A stretch of 64,000 nucleotides of DNA, from NCBI GenBank assembly GCA_963800575.1, contig CAWDBN010000013.1:4497-68496 (forward strand), in the 5' to 3' direction. Under the pieces are notes generated by a model that had not been told where the DNA came from, did no database searches, and worked only from the letters and a program-made list of their open reading frames with translations. The translations under genes were made by a program, and so were the position numbers. Source of the stretch: an uncultured Acidobacteriaceae bacterium (lineage in GTDB: Bacteria > Acidobacteriota > Terriglobia > Terriglobales > Acidobacteriaceae). Below, in pieces: positions 29,085-37,135 of this stretch (the first letter of the stretch is position 1; each line of letters opens with the position of its first letter).

Positions 29085-30608
29085 ATGCACGTTTCGAGTC
29101 GTTTTCATCTCCGCAACATCTTGCAGCTCGCGACTTCGTTCGCGGCTGTCGCTCTGGTTCTTGCATCCGTAGTCCTCACCTGCAGCCAGCCCGCGCATGC
29201 CCTGCCGGCGTTCGCCCGGAAGTACGGGCTGCGCTGCTCGGCCTGCCACGAGTCCTGGCCGATGCTGAATTACTTTGGACAAAAGTTCAAAGACAACGGG
29301 TATCAGTTGATGAACGATCGCGATGCCCCGATTTGGCAGAACCCTGGATACTGGCCGGTGGTCTTTCGCATCACGCCGATCTGGCACCGGGTGAGCGTCG
29401 GCAAGGAAGACGTTGACACCTACGCGGGCGGAGTCCTCACGGGTACGAATGCGGCGGTCCAGCGCATCTCAAGTTCCGGCTTCGACCTGAGCGGACTCGA
29501 CTTCCATACCGGCGGAACCCTGGAAAAGAACATTTCGTTCTATTTACTTCCGTCCTCTGATCCTACCGGCGCTTTCCACTTTGAGCAGGTCTTTGTGCGC
29601 TTTGACAATATTGCCCACAGCCCCTGGCTTAATTTCAAGCTCGGTCGATTCGAACTCGACAACCTGCTTTCCGAAAAGCGCATTCTCACCCTGACCGGGA
29701 ACGGCGGCGTTTATCAGACTTATCACTTCATCCCGCAAGGTGACGGGAACATCTTTGGGCAGATCGGCGACAACCAGCTCGGTATCGAATATCTGGGGCA
29801 CTCCGTGGACGATCGGACGCGAATTTCCGCGTCTCTTGTCAGCTCGAGCGATGGCAACGTGAACCTCAGTACCACAGCCAACGCCTACACCGCGTTCTTT
29901 GCCGGAAGCCAGGCTTTTGACGCCGGCAGGCTGGGGGTACAACGGGTCGGCTTCTATGCCATGGCTGGAGAGGCGTCAACGTATTATCTGACCTCTAATG
30001 GCGGGGTTCCAATTCCTGGCTCCGGAATCGGCAACAAGAGCTTCACGCGCGAAGGGTTCGTAGGGCAGTTCTACGCGGGCCCGCACATCGGCCTCACGAT
30101 CGTGACTCAGCATGGCTCGGATAACGCGTGGTTCGGGCAGGGTTATGGCGGTGCAGAAGCCACGGATGGCAACGGAGGCAACACCTGCGGCGCTCCTCCG
30201 TGCCCCCCAAACAATGTGCCGGGAACGACTCTTCCGGTCGGCTCACAAGCGCCCAGTTGGAACGGCGCCACCTTCGAGGGTCACTACATCTACAGTCCGC
30301 AGCTGATTTTCATCAGCCGGTATGAGTTTGAGAAAATGTCGCAGCAGGCCAACGGGTCGGGGTACGGCGCTTTGGTCACAGGAGCCAACGGATTCACAGG
30401 CCCCATGCCTTCCAACCTGGGCAACATCTCAACCTACACCATCGGCTTCCGCTACAACCCGTTCATGACCAGCCGCGCCGGCTTAGCCTGGCACAACGAG
30501 TACAACTGGCTGCACCAGGACGGCACTGGCCCGGCAAATCTTACGACCGGGGCGCTTACCAACCTCAACACCAGCGAAATTCTGATGGGACTCGACTTCG
30601 ACTTCTAG
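29085..30608 (+). CDS. Fused monohaem cytochrome c / beta-barrel outer-membrane protein (Cyc2/Cyt572-like architecture)
   Basis: ATG 29085 is preceded by GAGGAG with a 7-nt spacer. A signal peptide ends in AHA. A single CXXCH (FARKYGLRCSACH) follows directly after the predicted cleavage site. The following ~460 aa are beta-rich and G/S/T/N/Y-rich, ending in ...ILMGLDFDF (an aromatic C-terminal OMP signature). Confidence 0.7.
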   Translation: MHVSSRFHLRNILQLATSFAAVALVLASVVLTCSQPAHALPAFARKYGLRCSACHESWPMLNYFGQKFKDNGYQLMNDRDAPIWQNPGYWPVVFRITPIWHRVSVGKEDVDTYAGGVLTGTNAAVQRISSSGFDLSGLDFHTGGTLEKNISFYLLPSSDPTGAFHFEQVFVRFDNIAHSPWLNFKLGRFELDNLLSEKRILTLTGNGGVYQTYHFIPQGDGNIFGQIGDNQLGIEYLGHSVDDRTRISASLVSSSDGNVNLSTTANAYTAFFAGSQAFDAGRLGVQRVGFYAMAGEASTYYLTSNGGVPIPGSGIGNKSFTREGFVGQFYAGPHIGLTIVTQHGSDNAWFGQGYGGAEATDGNGGNTCGAPPCPPNNVPGTTLPVGSQAPSWNGATFEGHYIYSPQLIFISRYEFEKMSQQANGSGYGALVTGANGFTGPMPSNLGNISTYTIGFRYNPFMTSRAGLAWHNEYNWLHQDGTGPANLTTGALTNLNTSEILMGLDFDF

Positions 30609-30618
30609 AGAGGATGAC

Positions 30619-31497
30619 ATGCGGACACGATTGCAGAATTGGACGCTTTTGCTCAGCTCAGCTGCCCTTTTGGCGTTTCCGTCGGCTTCCTCGGCGCAGC
30701 TCACGACATTCGACATACAGACACGTCTTGGTACGGAAAGCCACGTCGGAAACGTCACCGGTCACGCCAAGGACGCTGCACCTGATTACCGGCGCTATTG
30801 CGTCGGCTGCCACGGCGATCTTGGAGACGGAAACGGCGAAAACGCTGTCTGGATGCAGCCTCCGATGTACCAACAGCCACGCGACTTCCAGTTGGGTGTA
30901 TTTAAGTGCCGCTCCACTCCCACTGGAACCTTGCCCACAGACCAGGATCTGTTTGACGCCATCACTCGCGGCTTTGACCGGTCCAATATGCCGCCGTGGA
31001 ACACTTTTACCAAACAGCAACGCGCCGACCTCGTCGCCTGGGTGAAGCACTTCTCTCCCCGCTTTAAAACCGAGAAACCTGGAACGCCAATCACCATTCC
31101 TCCTGAGCCCGAAGTCACCCCTGAGCGTATCAAGGCTGGGCGCGAGGTATTTGCCAAAGTGCAGTGCTGGAAGTGCCACGGCGTGCAAGGCATGGCGAAC
31201 GGTCCGTCCGCTTCCACCCTTACCGATGATCTCGGCCGTCCAATCGCGCCTTTCAACTTCACTGACGGATCCCGGCCGAAGTGCGGCGACACTGATCAGG
31301 ATATTTACCGGATCTTCATGACCGGCTTGGACGGCACTCCGATGCCTTCATTTGCCGACAACATCAAGCCCGATGAGGCCTGGGATTTGGTTTTCTATTT
31401 GCGAACGTTTATGGCTCAGAAGAGCCGAGAGAAAGAACTGGCGAAACAACTAGGCTTGAAGCCGGTTGATCCCAACGCTCCGGTGGCGCAACAATAG
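30619..31497 (+). CDS. Periplasmic dihaem class I cytochrome c
   Basis: 292 aa with a signal peptide (AFPSASSAQ) and two CXXCH motifs (CVGCH, CWKCH), each followed by a distal Met-Pro (SNMPPW, GTPMPSF). It starts 10 bp after the upstream gene. Confidence 0.85.
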   Translation: MRTRLQNWTLLLSSAALLAFPSASSAQLTTFDIQTRLGTESHVGNVTGHAKDAAPDYRRYCVGCHGDLGDGNGENAVWMQPPMYQQPRDFQLGVFKCRSTPTGTLPTDQDLFDAITRGFDRSNMPPWNTFTKQQRADLVAWVKHFSPRFKTEKPGTPITIPPEPEVTPERIKAGREVFAKVQCWKCHGVQGMANGPSASTLTDDLGRPIAPFNFTDGSRPKCGDTDQDIYRIFMTGLDGTPMPSFADNIKPDEAWDLVFYLRTFMAQKSREKELAKQLGLKPVDPNAPVAQQ

Positions 31498-31549
31498 GCG
31501 GAGAAAAGCGTCGTGTCACCGATTTGCTTTTCGTCTTAAAGGAGAAATC

Positions 31550-32293
31550 ATGAGGAAGCGATTCAATCCCGCGGTCGTACTATCGCTGATAGTTTTAGTT
31601 GGCTGTGCAGCGTTGATCTTGGGTCAGAAAGTCAACGCTGCCGGAGAAGGCAAGATTACCGGTACGGTAAAACTGAGTGGCACGGCTCCGCACATGAGGG
31701 GCATCGACATGTCGAAAGACCCGTACTGCGTTAAGGCTAATCCGACTCCCGCCCACTACCAAAACGTAGAGGTTGGTTCGGGCGAAGGACTGGAAAATGT
31801 GGTTGTCTACATCTCCGACTGGAGCGGCACGGCTGAGGTAACGACAACGATCCCCGTATTCGATCAAAAGAACTGCATGTATGTGCCGCACGTGTTGGCA
31901 ATGGATGTAGGTGAGACATTCAAGGTGGTCACCAGCGATCAGACAGCCCACAACATACACCCGCTGCCCAACCCGATGATTAATGTCGGGTGGAATCAGT
32001 CTCAGCCGCCGGGAGCACCACCGGTCGAGAAGAGTTGGAAAGCTGCGGAGTTTATTCCGGTGCAGTGCAACATCCATCCTTGGATGCACGGTTATTTCGC
32101 TGTGGTCAAAGGCCCTTACGCAACCACCGATGCGAACGGCTCCTTCACCATCAGCAACGTGCCGCCCGGAACTTACACGGTGACTGCGTGGCATGAACCC
32201 GACCCCGCCCTGCCGCAAAATACCCAAGGTCAAAAGGTGACAGTCGCCGCCGGGGGCGCGGCATCCGCCGACTTTACTTTCAAGGCGAAGTAA
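31550..32293 (+). CDS. Cupredoxin (type 1 copper) protein with C-terminal carboxypeptidase-regulatory-like beta domain
   Basis: ATG 31550 is preceded by AAAGGAG, and a signal peptide is present. Candidate T1 Cu ligands are H (AHNIHP) and C-x2-H-x2-M (VQCNIHPWM), the same loop spacing as amicyanin CTPHPFM. The C-terminal segment is GSFTISNVPPGTYTVTAWHE. Confidence 0.7.
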   Translation: MRKRFNPAVVLSLIVLVGCAALILGQKVNAAGEGKITGTVKLSGTAPHMRGIDMSKDPYCVKANPTPAHYQNVEVGSGEGLENVVVYISDWSGTAEVTTTIPVFDQKNCMYVPHVLAMDVGETFKVVTSDQTAHNIHPLPNPMINVGWNQSQPPGAPPVEKSWKAAEFIPVQCNIHPWMHGYFAVVKGPYATTDANGSFTISNVPPGTYTVTAWHEPDPALPQNTQGQKVTVAAGGAASADFTFKAK

Positions 32294-32345
32294 GGGCAAC
32301 GGAAGTAGGGAACTGAGAGATCTGCAAAATCATCATCTGAACAAC

Positions 32346-32379
32346 CGAATCGCCGCAATTAGGCTCTTGCGGCGATTCG
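32346..32379 (+). promoter_or_regulatory. Perfect 13-bp-stem hairpin between the cupredoxin gene and coxB
   Basis: cgaatcgccgcaa (32346-32358) pairs perfectly with ttgcggcgattcg (32367-32379) across an 8-nt loop. No U-tract follows, so it is not a canonical intrinsic terminator. Confidence 0.5.
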
Positions 32380-32416
32380 ATTATGAAGGCCGGGTTTCCG
32401 GCTAAAGGCGGACGAT

Positions 32417-33220
32417 ATGGCGAAAATATTTGCGGTGACGATCGTTGTGATCGCAATTGCTTCGGCGATTCCCATCGTGATGCACATGTGGCCGATGCCG
32501 CCCGACATCTCCACCCACGGCCATCTGATCGACGAGCAGTATGCCGATACGATGCTGGAAGCCGGTATTTCCTTCCTGGCCTCTCAGTTCCTGCTCGCCT
32601 TTTTCATCTGGAAGTTTTCCAACCATAAGCCCAGCGACAAGATTAAGCGTTTCCCTGGCGGAGCTGCTGGATTGGTAATAGCCGCTTTCCTGTTGGTAGG
32701 TACCGAATGCCTGGCTTTGGGTGTGTTCGGAGTAAAGGCCTGGGCTAGCGTTTATCTCACCCCTCCCGCAGCCGACGCGCTGCCGGTGCAGGTGCAGGCG
32801 GGACAGTTCGCGTTTTATTTCCGTTATCCCGGACCGGACGGAATCTTCGGCCCAATTCACGCCGACCAGATCAGCGAGGCCAACGCGAATTTCTTCGGGC
32901 TCGATACTACGCATGACCAGGCTTCCAAGGATGACATCGTCACCGCTGAGATGGCCATTCCTGTGAACCGTGAAATTCACTTACTCATGCATTCGAAGGA
33001 TGTAGGCCATTCCTTCTACGTCCCCGAATTGCGCGTCCAGCAGGACTTCGTTCCCGGCTTGGACGTTACTCTTCATTTCACGGCCACTAAAATCGGGAAG
33101 TACGAAATCGTCTGCACCCAGCTTTGCGGCCTCGGGCATTACAACATGAAGGCCTATCTCGAAGTGAAGTCTCAGGAAGATTACGACGCTTGGATCAAAC
33201 AGCAGGCAGCTCTGCAGTAG
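32417..33220 (+). CDS. coxB: Cytochrome c oxidase subunit II (no fused cytochrome c domain)
   Basis: 267 aa with two N-terminal TM helices. The CuA site is HSFYVPEL ... CTQLCGLGHYNM. Confidence 0.9.
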   Translation: MAKIFAVTIVVIAIASAIPIVMHMWPMPPDISTHGHLIDEQYADTMLEAGISFLASQFLLAFFIWKFSNHKPSDKIKRFPGGAAGLVIAAFLLVGTECLALGVFGVKAWASVYLTPPAADALPVQVQAGQFAFYFRYPGPDGIFGPIHADQISEANANFFGLDTTHDQASKDDIVTAEMAIPVNREIHLLMHSKDVGHSFYVPELRVQQDFVPGLDVTLHFTATKIGKYEIVCTQLCGLGHYNMKAYLEVKSQEDYDAWIKQQAALQ

Positions 33221-33271
33221 CGCTGAATTTGCGCACGATGTGGCCCAAACATCTGGCTTGAGGTGAGCACA

Positions 33272-35056
33272 ATGCACGACATGTCCGCACATGCAGTGGG
33301 TCATGGAGCCCCGACCAGCTTCATCCGGAAGCACGTGTTCAGTACTGATCATAAGGTCATCGGCAAGCAGTATTACGCGCTGGCTTTGGTCGCTGCCTTC
33401 TTCGGTATGTTTCTTTCCTGGCTCATGCGTATCCATCTGGGGTGGGGCAGTTTCGCGATCCCAGGGCTGCATCTGCTCTCGAAGAACGGCGCCCCGGGCG
33501 ACGTAATGACGCCGGAGTACTATCTCCAACTGATGACCATGCACGGCACCATTATGGTGTTCTTCGTGCTCACCACCGCCCCCTTTGCAGCCTTCGGCAA
33601 TTTCTTTTTGCCTATCCAGACAGGCGCGGAAGACATGCCCTTCCCGCATTTCAACATGATGTCGTTCTGGGTCACCTTCACAGCCTTCTTGCCTATCGTT
33701 GCGTCATTCTTTGTCAGTGATGGGCCCACCCTGGGCGGCTGGACACAGTATGCCCCACTGAGCGCGATCGGTCCCGTTGGCGGTCCTGGCGAGGGTTGGG
33801 GAGTGATTCTCTGGGCGACCTCGATTGGTCTTTTCTGCATTGGCCAGTTACTGGGTTCGCTGAACTTCATCACTACCACGCTTGATATGCGTTGCAAAGG
33901 CATGTCCCTGATGCGGCTCCCGCTCAGCACCTGGGGATGGTTCATTACTTCGATCATGGGCTTGACGGCGTTTGCCGTGCTGATGCCCGCCTGCATCCTT
34001 CTCATTCTCGATCACGTGGCCGGAACCAGCTTCTTCGTAGCCTCGAATCTGGTGATTAACGACCAGATGTTGCCGCACTCCGGCGGATCGACTCTGCTTT
34101 GGCAGCACCTGTTCTGGTTCTTCGGCCATCCCGAGGTCTACATCGCAATCGTCCCCGGCATGGGCATCGTTTCCCACGTTCTCATCACGAACATGCGCCG
34201 GCCGATGCTCAGCCACCGAGTGCTCATTTATTCCATGGGATCGCTGGCCGTCCTCAGCTACATGGTCTACGGACACCACATGTTCGTCAGCGGGATGAAT
34301 CCCGTCTCTTCGCTGGCCTTCTCGTTCCCAACGCTGGTCATCACCATTCCCTCCACCATCGTCGTGCTGATTTGGCTGGGTAGCCTCTATGGCTCCAAGT
34401 TGCGGATCAACGCCGCCTCGCTATTCGCGCTCGGGTTCATTTCGATGTTCATCAGCGGCGGCGTGAGCGGCTTTTTCCTGGCTCAGCCTTCCATCGACAT
34501 CATGCTGCACGCCACCTATTTCGTGGTCGGCCACTTCCATCTGGTGATGGGCGTTGCGGCCATGTTCGGCATCTTCGCGGGAACCTACTTCTGGTTCCCC
34601 AAGATGACCGGCCGCATGATGAATGAGACTCTGGGCAAGGTTCACTTCTGGATGAGTTTCGTAGGTGCCTACTGCATCTTTATGCCGTTCCACTACCTGG
34701 GAATTGCCGGCAACGTGCGCCGCTACCAGGCTTTCACCGACGATTACCTGATCCCGCTGATCCCCGTTCATAAGTTCATCACCGTAGCGGCGCTGTTCAC
34801 CGGGGCTGCCCAGCTGGTTTTCCTTTACAACCTGATCCACAGCCGGTTCTGGGGTGCACATGCGCCGAACGACAACCCGTGGGAAGGGACATCCCTCGAA
34901 TGGAGCACGGCCACGCCGCCGCCCCATAACAACTTTGGCGACAAGATGCCCGTGGTTTATCACGATCCTTATCAGTATAGCGTCGAGGGCGCCAGCGCCG
35001 ACTACATCATGCAGACTTCGCCGGAGAGTGTTCATAGCCCGGACGAAGAAAAATAA
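33272..35056 (+). CDS. ctaD: Cytochrome c oxidase subunit I (A-family haem-copper oxidase)
   Basis: About 594 aa with 12 TM helices and conserved blocks (GHPEVYI, HHMF, VVGHFH). ATG 33272 is preferred (GAGGTG lies 6 nt upstream) over the track GTG at 33263. Confidence 0.92.
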   Translation: MHDMSAHAVGHGAPTSFIRKHVFSTDHKVIGKQYYALALVAAFFGMFLSWLMRIHLGWGSFAIPGLHLLSKNGAPGDVMTPEYYLQLMTMHGTIMVFFVLTTAPFAAFGNFFLPIQTGAEDMPFPHFNMMSFWVTFTAFLPIVASFFVSDGPTLGGWTQYAPLSAIGPVGGPGEGWGVILWATSIGLFCIGQLLGSLNFITTTLDMRCKGMSLMRLPLSTWGWFITSIMGLTAFAVLMPACILLILDHVAGTSFFVASNLVINDQMLPHSGGSTLLWQHLFWFFGHPEVYIAIVPGMGIVSHVLITNMRRPMLSHRVLIYSMGSLAVLSYMVYGHHMFVSGMNPVSSLAFSFPTLVITIPSTIVVLIWLGSLYGSKLRINAASLFALGFISMFISGGVSGFFLAQPSIDIMLHATYFVVGHFHLVMGVAAMFGIFAGTYFWFPKMTGRMMNETLGKVHFWMSFVGAYCIFMPFHYLGIAGNVRRYQAFTDDYLIPLIPVHKFITVAALFTGAAQLVFLYNLIHSRFWGAHAPNDNPWEGTSLEWSTATPPPHNNFGDKMPVVYHDPYQYSVEGASADYIMQTSPESVHSPDEEK

Positions 35057-35097
35057 TCTTCAAGCAGGTCGTTGGGTTTCAGCAGGAGAGTAGCAGT

Positions 35098-35775
35098 ATG
35101 GCAACCACAGTCCACGAACCGCCGAAAATCGACGACCGCCTGCCGAGCCACGGCTCGGGGAACGGCTGGCGCAATCTTGTTCCTGCCGATGGCGAATTGC
35201 GCGGCGTCAAGGATTCTTCCCCTCCCCCCGCGAGCACCGGAATCTGGGTAGGCTTGGCGGCCATCACCATGAGTTTTGCCGCCTTCACCAGCGCGCTGAT
35301 CGTTCGTCAGGGGACTGCACCTTTGGTGCACATCACTTTACCCCCAGTGCTTTACCTGAACACGCTCGTGATCGTCGCCAGCAGCTTAACGCTCGAAATA
35401 GCACGCCGCAGGATTGCGGCCTTTATGGGTGGCGGCCTGGCAGGCAAAGCCAGCCAACAGGAGAATCCCGCACGCTGGCTGTATATCACCTTGTTTCTGG
35501 GACTGCTCTTTGTTGCGGGACAAACCTTTGCCTGGATTCAACTCAAATCTCAAGGGTTCGGCCTCGCCACCAACATCAGCTACTCGTTCTTCTATGTACT
35601 GACTGTCGCTCACGCTCTGCACGTGTTCGGAGGGCTCGGCGGTCTGGTCCGGGTGATTGGCAAACTGAACAAATCGGTCCTGCGAAGGAGCACTCTGGAC
35701 GCCACTTCGCGTTACTGGCATTTCATGGGTGTGCTGTGGGTGTATCTGCTTTTGCTGCTTTGGATGAAGCTCTGA
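35098..35775 (+). CDS. ctaE: Cytochrome c oxidase subunit III
   Basis: 225 aa and polytopic. The C-terminal segment YWHFMGVLWVYLLLLLW is typical of subunit III. AGGAGA lies 8 nt upstream. Confidence 0.85.
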   Translation: MATTVHEPPKIDDRLPSHGSGNGWRNLVPADGELRGVKDSSPPPASTGIWVGLAAITMSFAAFTSALIVRQGTAPLVHITLPPVLYLNTLVIVASSLTLEIARRRIAAFMGGGLAGKASQQENPARWLYITLFLGLLFVAGQTFAWIQLKSQGFGLATNISYSFFYVLTVAHALHVFGGLGGLVRVIGKLNKSVLRRSTLDATSRYWHFMGVLWVYLLLLLWMKL

Positions 35776-35813
35776 GCGACGACGCTCGAACCCAGTCAAA
35801 GGTAGGAGGCAAC

Positions 35814-36449
35814 GTGAGTCAAGCCGATCTTTCAATTCACGGTCAGGTGTCGCGAACCGATGCGACGGAGTTTATGACCGCACCCACATTCTCGGTCGCG
35901 GCCAAGAAAATGGCGATGTGGCTGTTCATCATCGCAGACACCGCGACCTTTGCCGGTTGTCTGGTCGCCTACGGATTCATCCGCAACGCCACTCCCGATT
36001 GGCCAAGACCTTTTCACAGTATCTCGAACGTACTGGTGATGACACTGATTCTGCTCACCAGCAGCTTGACCATGCTCATCGCAGAACGCCACGCCTGGCT
36101 GGGTGACAAAGCCAAAGCGTTTCGCTGGACCATGATCACCGCGGTTTGCGGAATCATGTTCGCCGCTCTCCACCTGCGGGAATGGATGGGCCTGATCGGA
36201 GAAGGCGCGACGCTATTTCACAATCCCTGGGGCACGCCTTTATTCAGTTCGATGTTTTTCAGCATCACGGGCCTGCACCTGCTGCACGTAACCGGCGGAG
36301 TGGTTGCTCTCATCGCCGTGGGCCTGCGCTACCAGGGCGGACGCTACAACGCCGATGACCTCGAAATCACAGGGCTCTATTGGCATTTCGTGGATTTGGT
36401 TTGGATGTTTGTTGTGCCGCTGGTCTATCTTTTGAATCTATCCCACTAA
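35814..36449 (+). CDS. Second haem-copper oxidase subunit III-family protein
   Basis: A GTG start at 35814 is preceded by GGTAGGAGG. The segments MAMWLFIIADTATFAG... and YWHFVDLVWMFVVPLVY match the subunit III/CyoC family. Confidence 0.8.
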   Translation: MSQADLSIHGQVSRTDATEFMTAPTFSVAAKKMAMWLFIIADTATFAGCLVAYGFIRNATPDWPRPFHSISNVLVMTLILLTSSLTMLIAERHAWLGDKAKAFRWTMITAVCGIMFAALHLREWMGLIGEGATLFHNPWGTPLFSSMFFSITGLHLLHVTGGVVALIAVGLRYQGGRYNADDLEITGLYWHFVDLVWMFVVPLVYLLNLSH

Positions 36450-36474
36450 GACAGACACGCAGGAGCGAATCTCT

Positions 36475-36786
36475 ATGACTACCGCCGAAACCCATAAGAA
36501 TAGTGGAATGACGAATGATCTGATCGTCTTCGTTTGTATTCTGGCCCTGGCGGGGCTACAGTTCGTGATCGCATATCAGGACATTAGCGCGTCCCAGATG
36601 TTAGTCCGCATGCTCTCGGTCGCCGTGATTGAGGCTGCCCTGGCGCTGCTGTTCTTTATGCATTTGGCCGCGAATCGCGGATTGTTGTGGTTTGTCGGAA
36701 TCTTCACCGTCTTTGTGCTCCTTGCCATGCAATACGGCTGGACGGATAGCTTCCGGCTGACCAGCGGTGTACCATGGGCAAAGTAG
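36475..36786 (+). CDS. Cytochrome c oxidase subunit IV (prokaryotic CoxD/CtaF-like)
   Basis: 103 aa with three hydrophobic helices, an AGGAG RBS, and a position after the subunit III genes. Confidence 0.7.
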   Translation: MTTAETHKNSGMTNDLIVFVCILALAGLQFVIAYQDISASQMLVRMLSVAVIEAALALLFFMHLAANRGLLWFVGIFTVFVLLAMQYGWTDSFRLTSGVPWAK

Positions 36787-37109
36787 CCAAAGCAACCATG
36801 AAGCTCTGGAAACCAATCTCGTTTGGGTGCATTGCGCTGGTCGGGCTGATCATCCTGCTAGCTCCAGTGCCAGCCTCCGCCCAGAGCTGCGCTCTGTGTT
36901 ATACCCAGGCCGCGGCATCGGGCTCTCGAATGATTCAGGCCTTGAAGAGTGGCATCCTGATCCTGATCGCTCCGCCGACCTTCATGAGCATCGGGTTGAT
37001 CTTCGTTTGCTATCGCAAACGCAATCAGACGCGTAACGACAGCGCCGAGTCAGACAGCGATTGGCGCAAAGTCGACGACTCAGACGATTTCTCATCCAGG
37101 AACTGGTAG
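36774..37109 (+). CDS. Small two-TM membrane protein with CxxC (CALCY) loop and acidic tail; hypothetical
   Basis: The ORF overlaps the subunit IV stop by 13 bp. It has two hydrophobic helices flanking SCALCYTQAAASG. There is no recognisable RBS, and an alternative start exists at MKLWKP (36798). Confidence 0.45.
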   Translation: MGKVAKATMKLWKPISFGCIALVGLIILLAPVPASAQSCALCYTQAAASGSRMIQALKSGILILIAPPTFMSIGLIFVCYRKRNQTRNDSAESDSDWRKVDDSDDFSSRNW

Positions 37110-37135
37110 GACGCTTCCCGTAGAGACGCTTCGGA

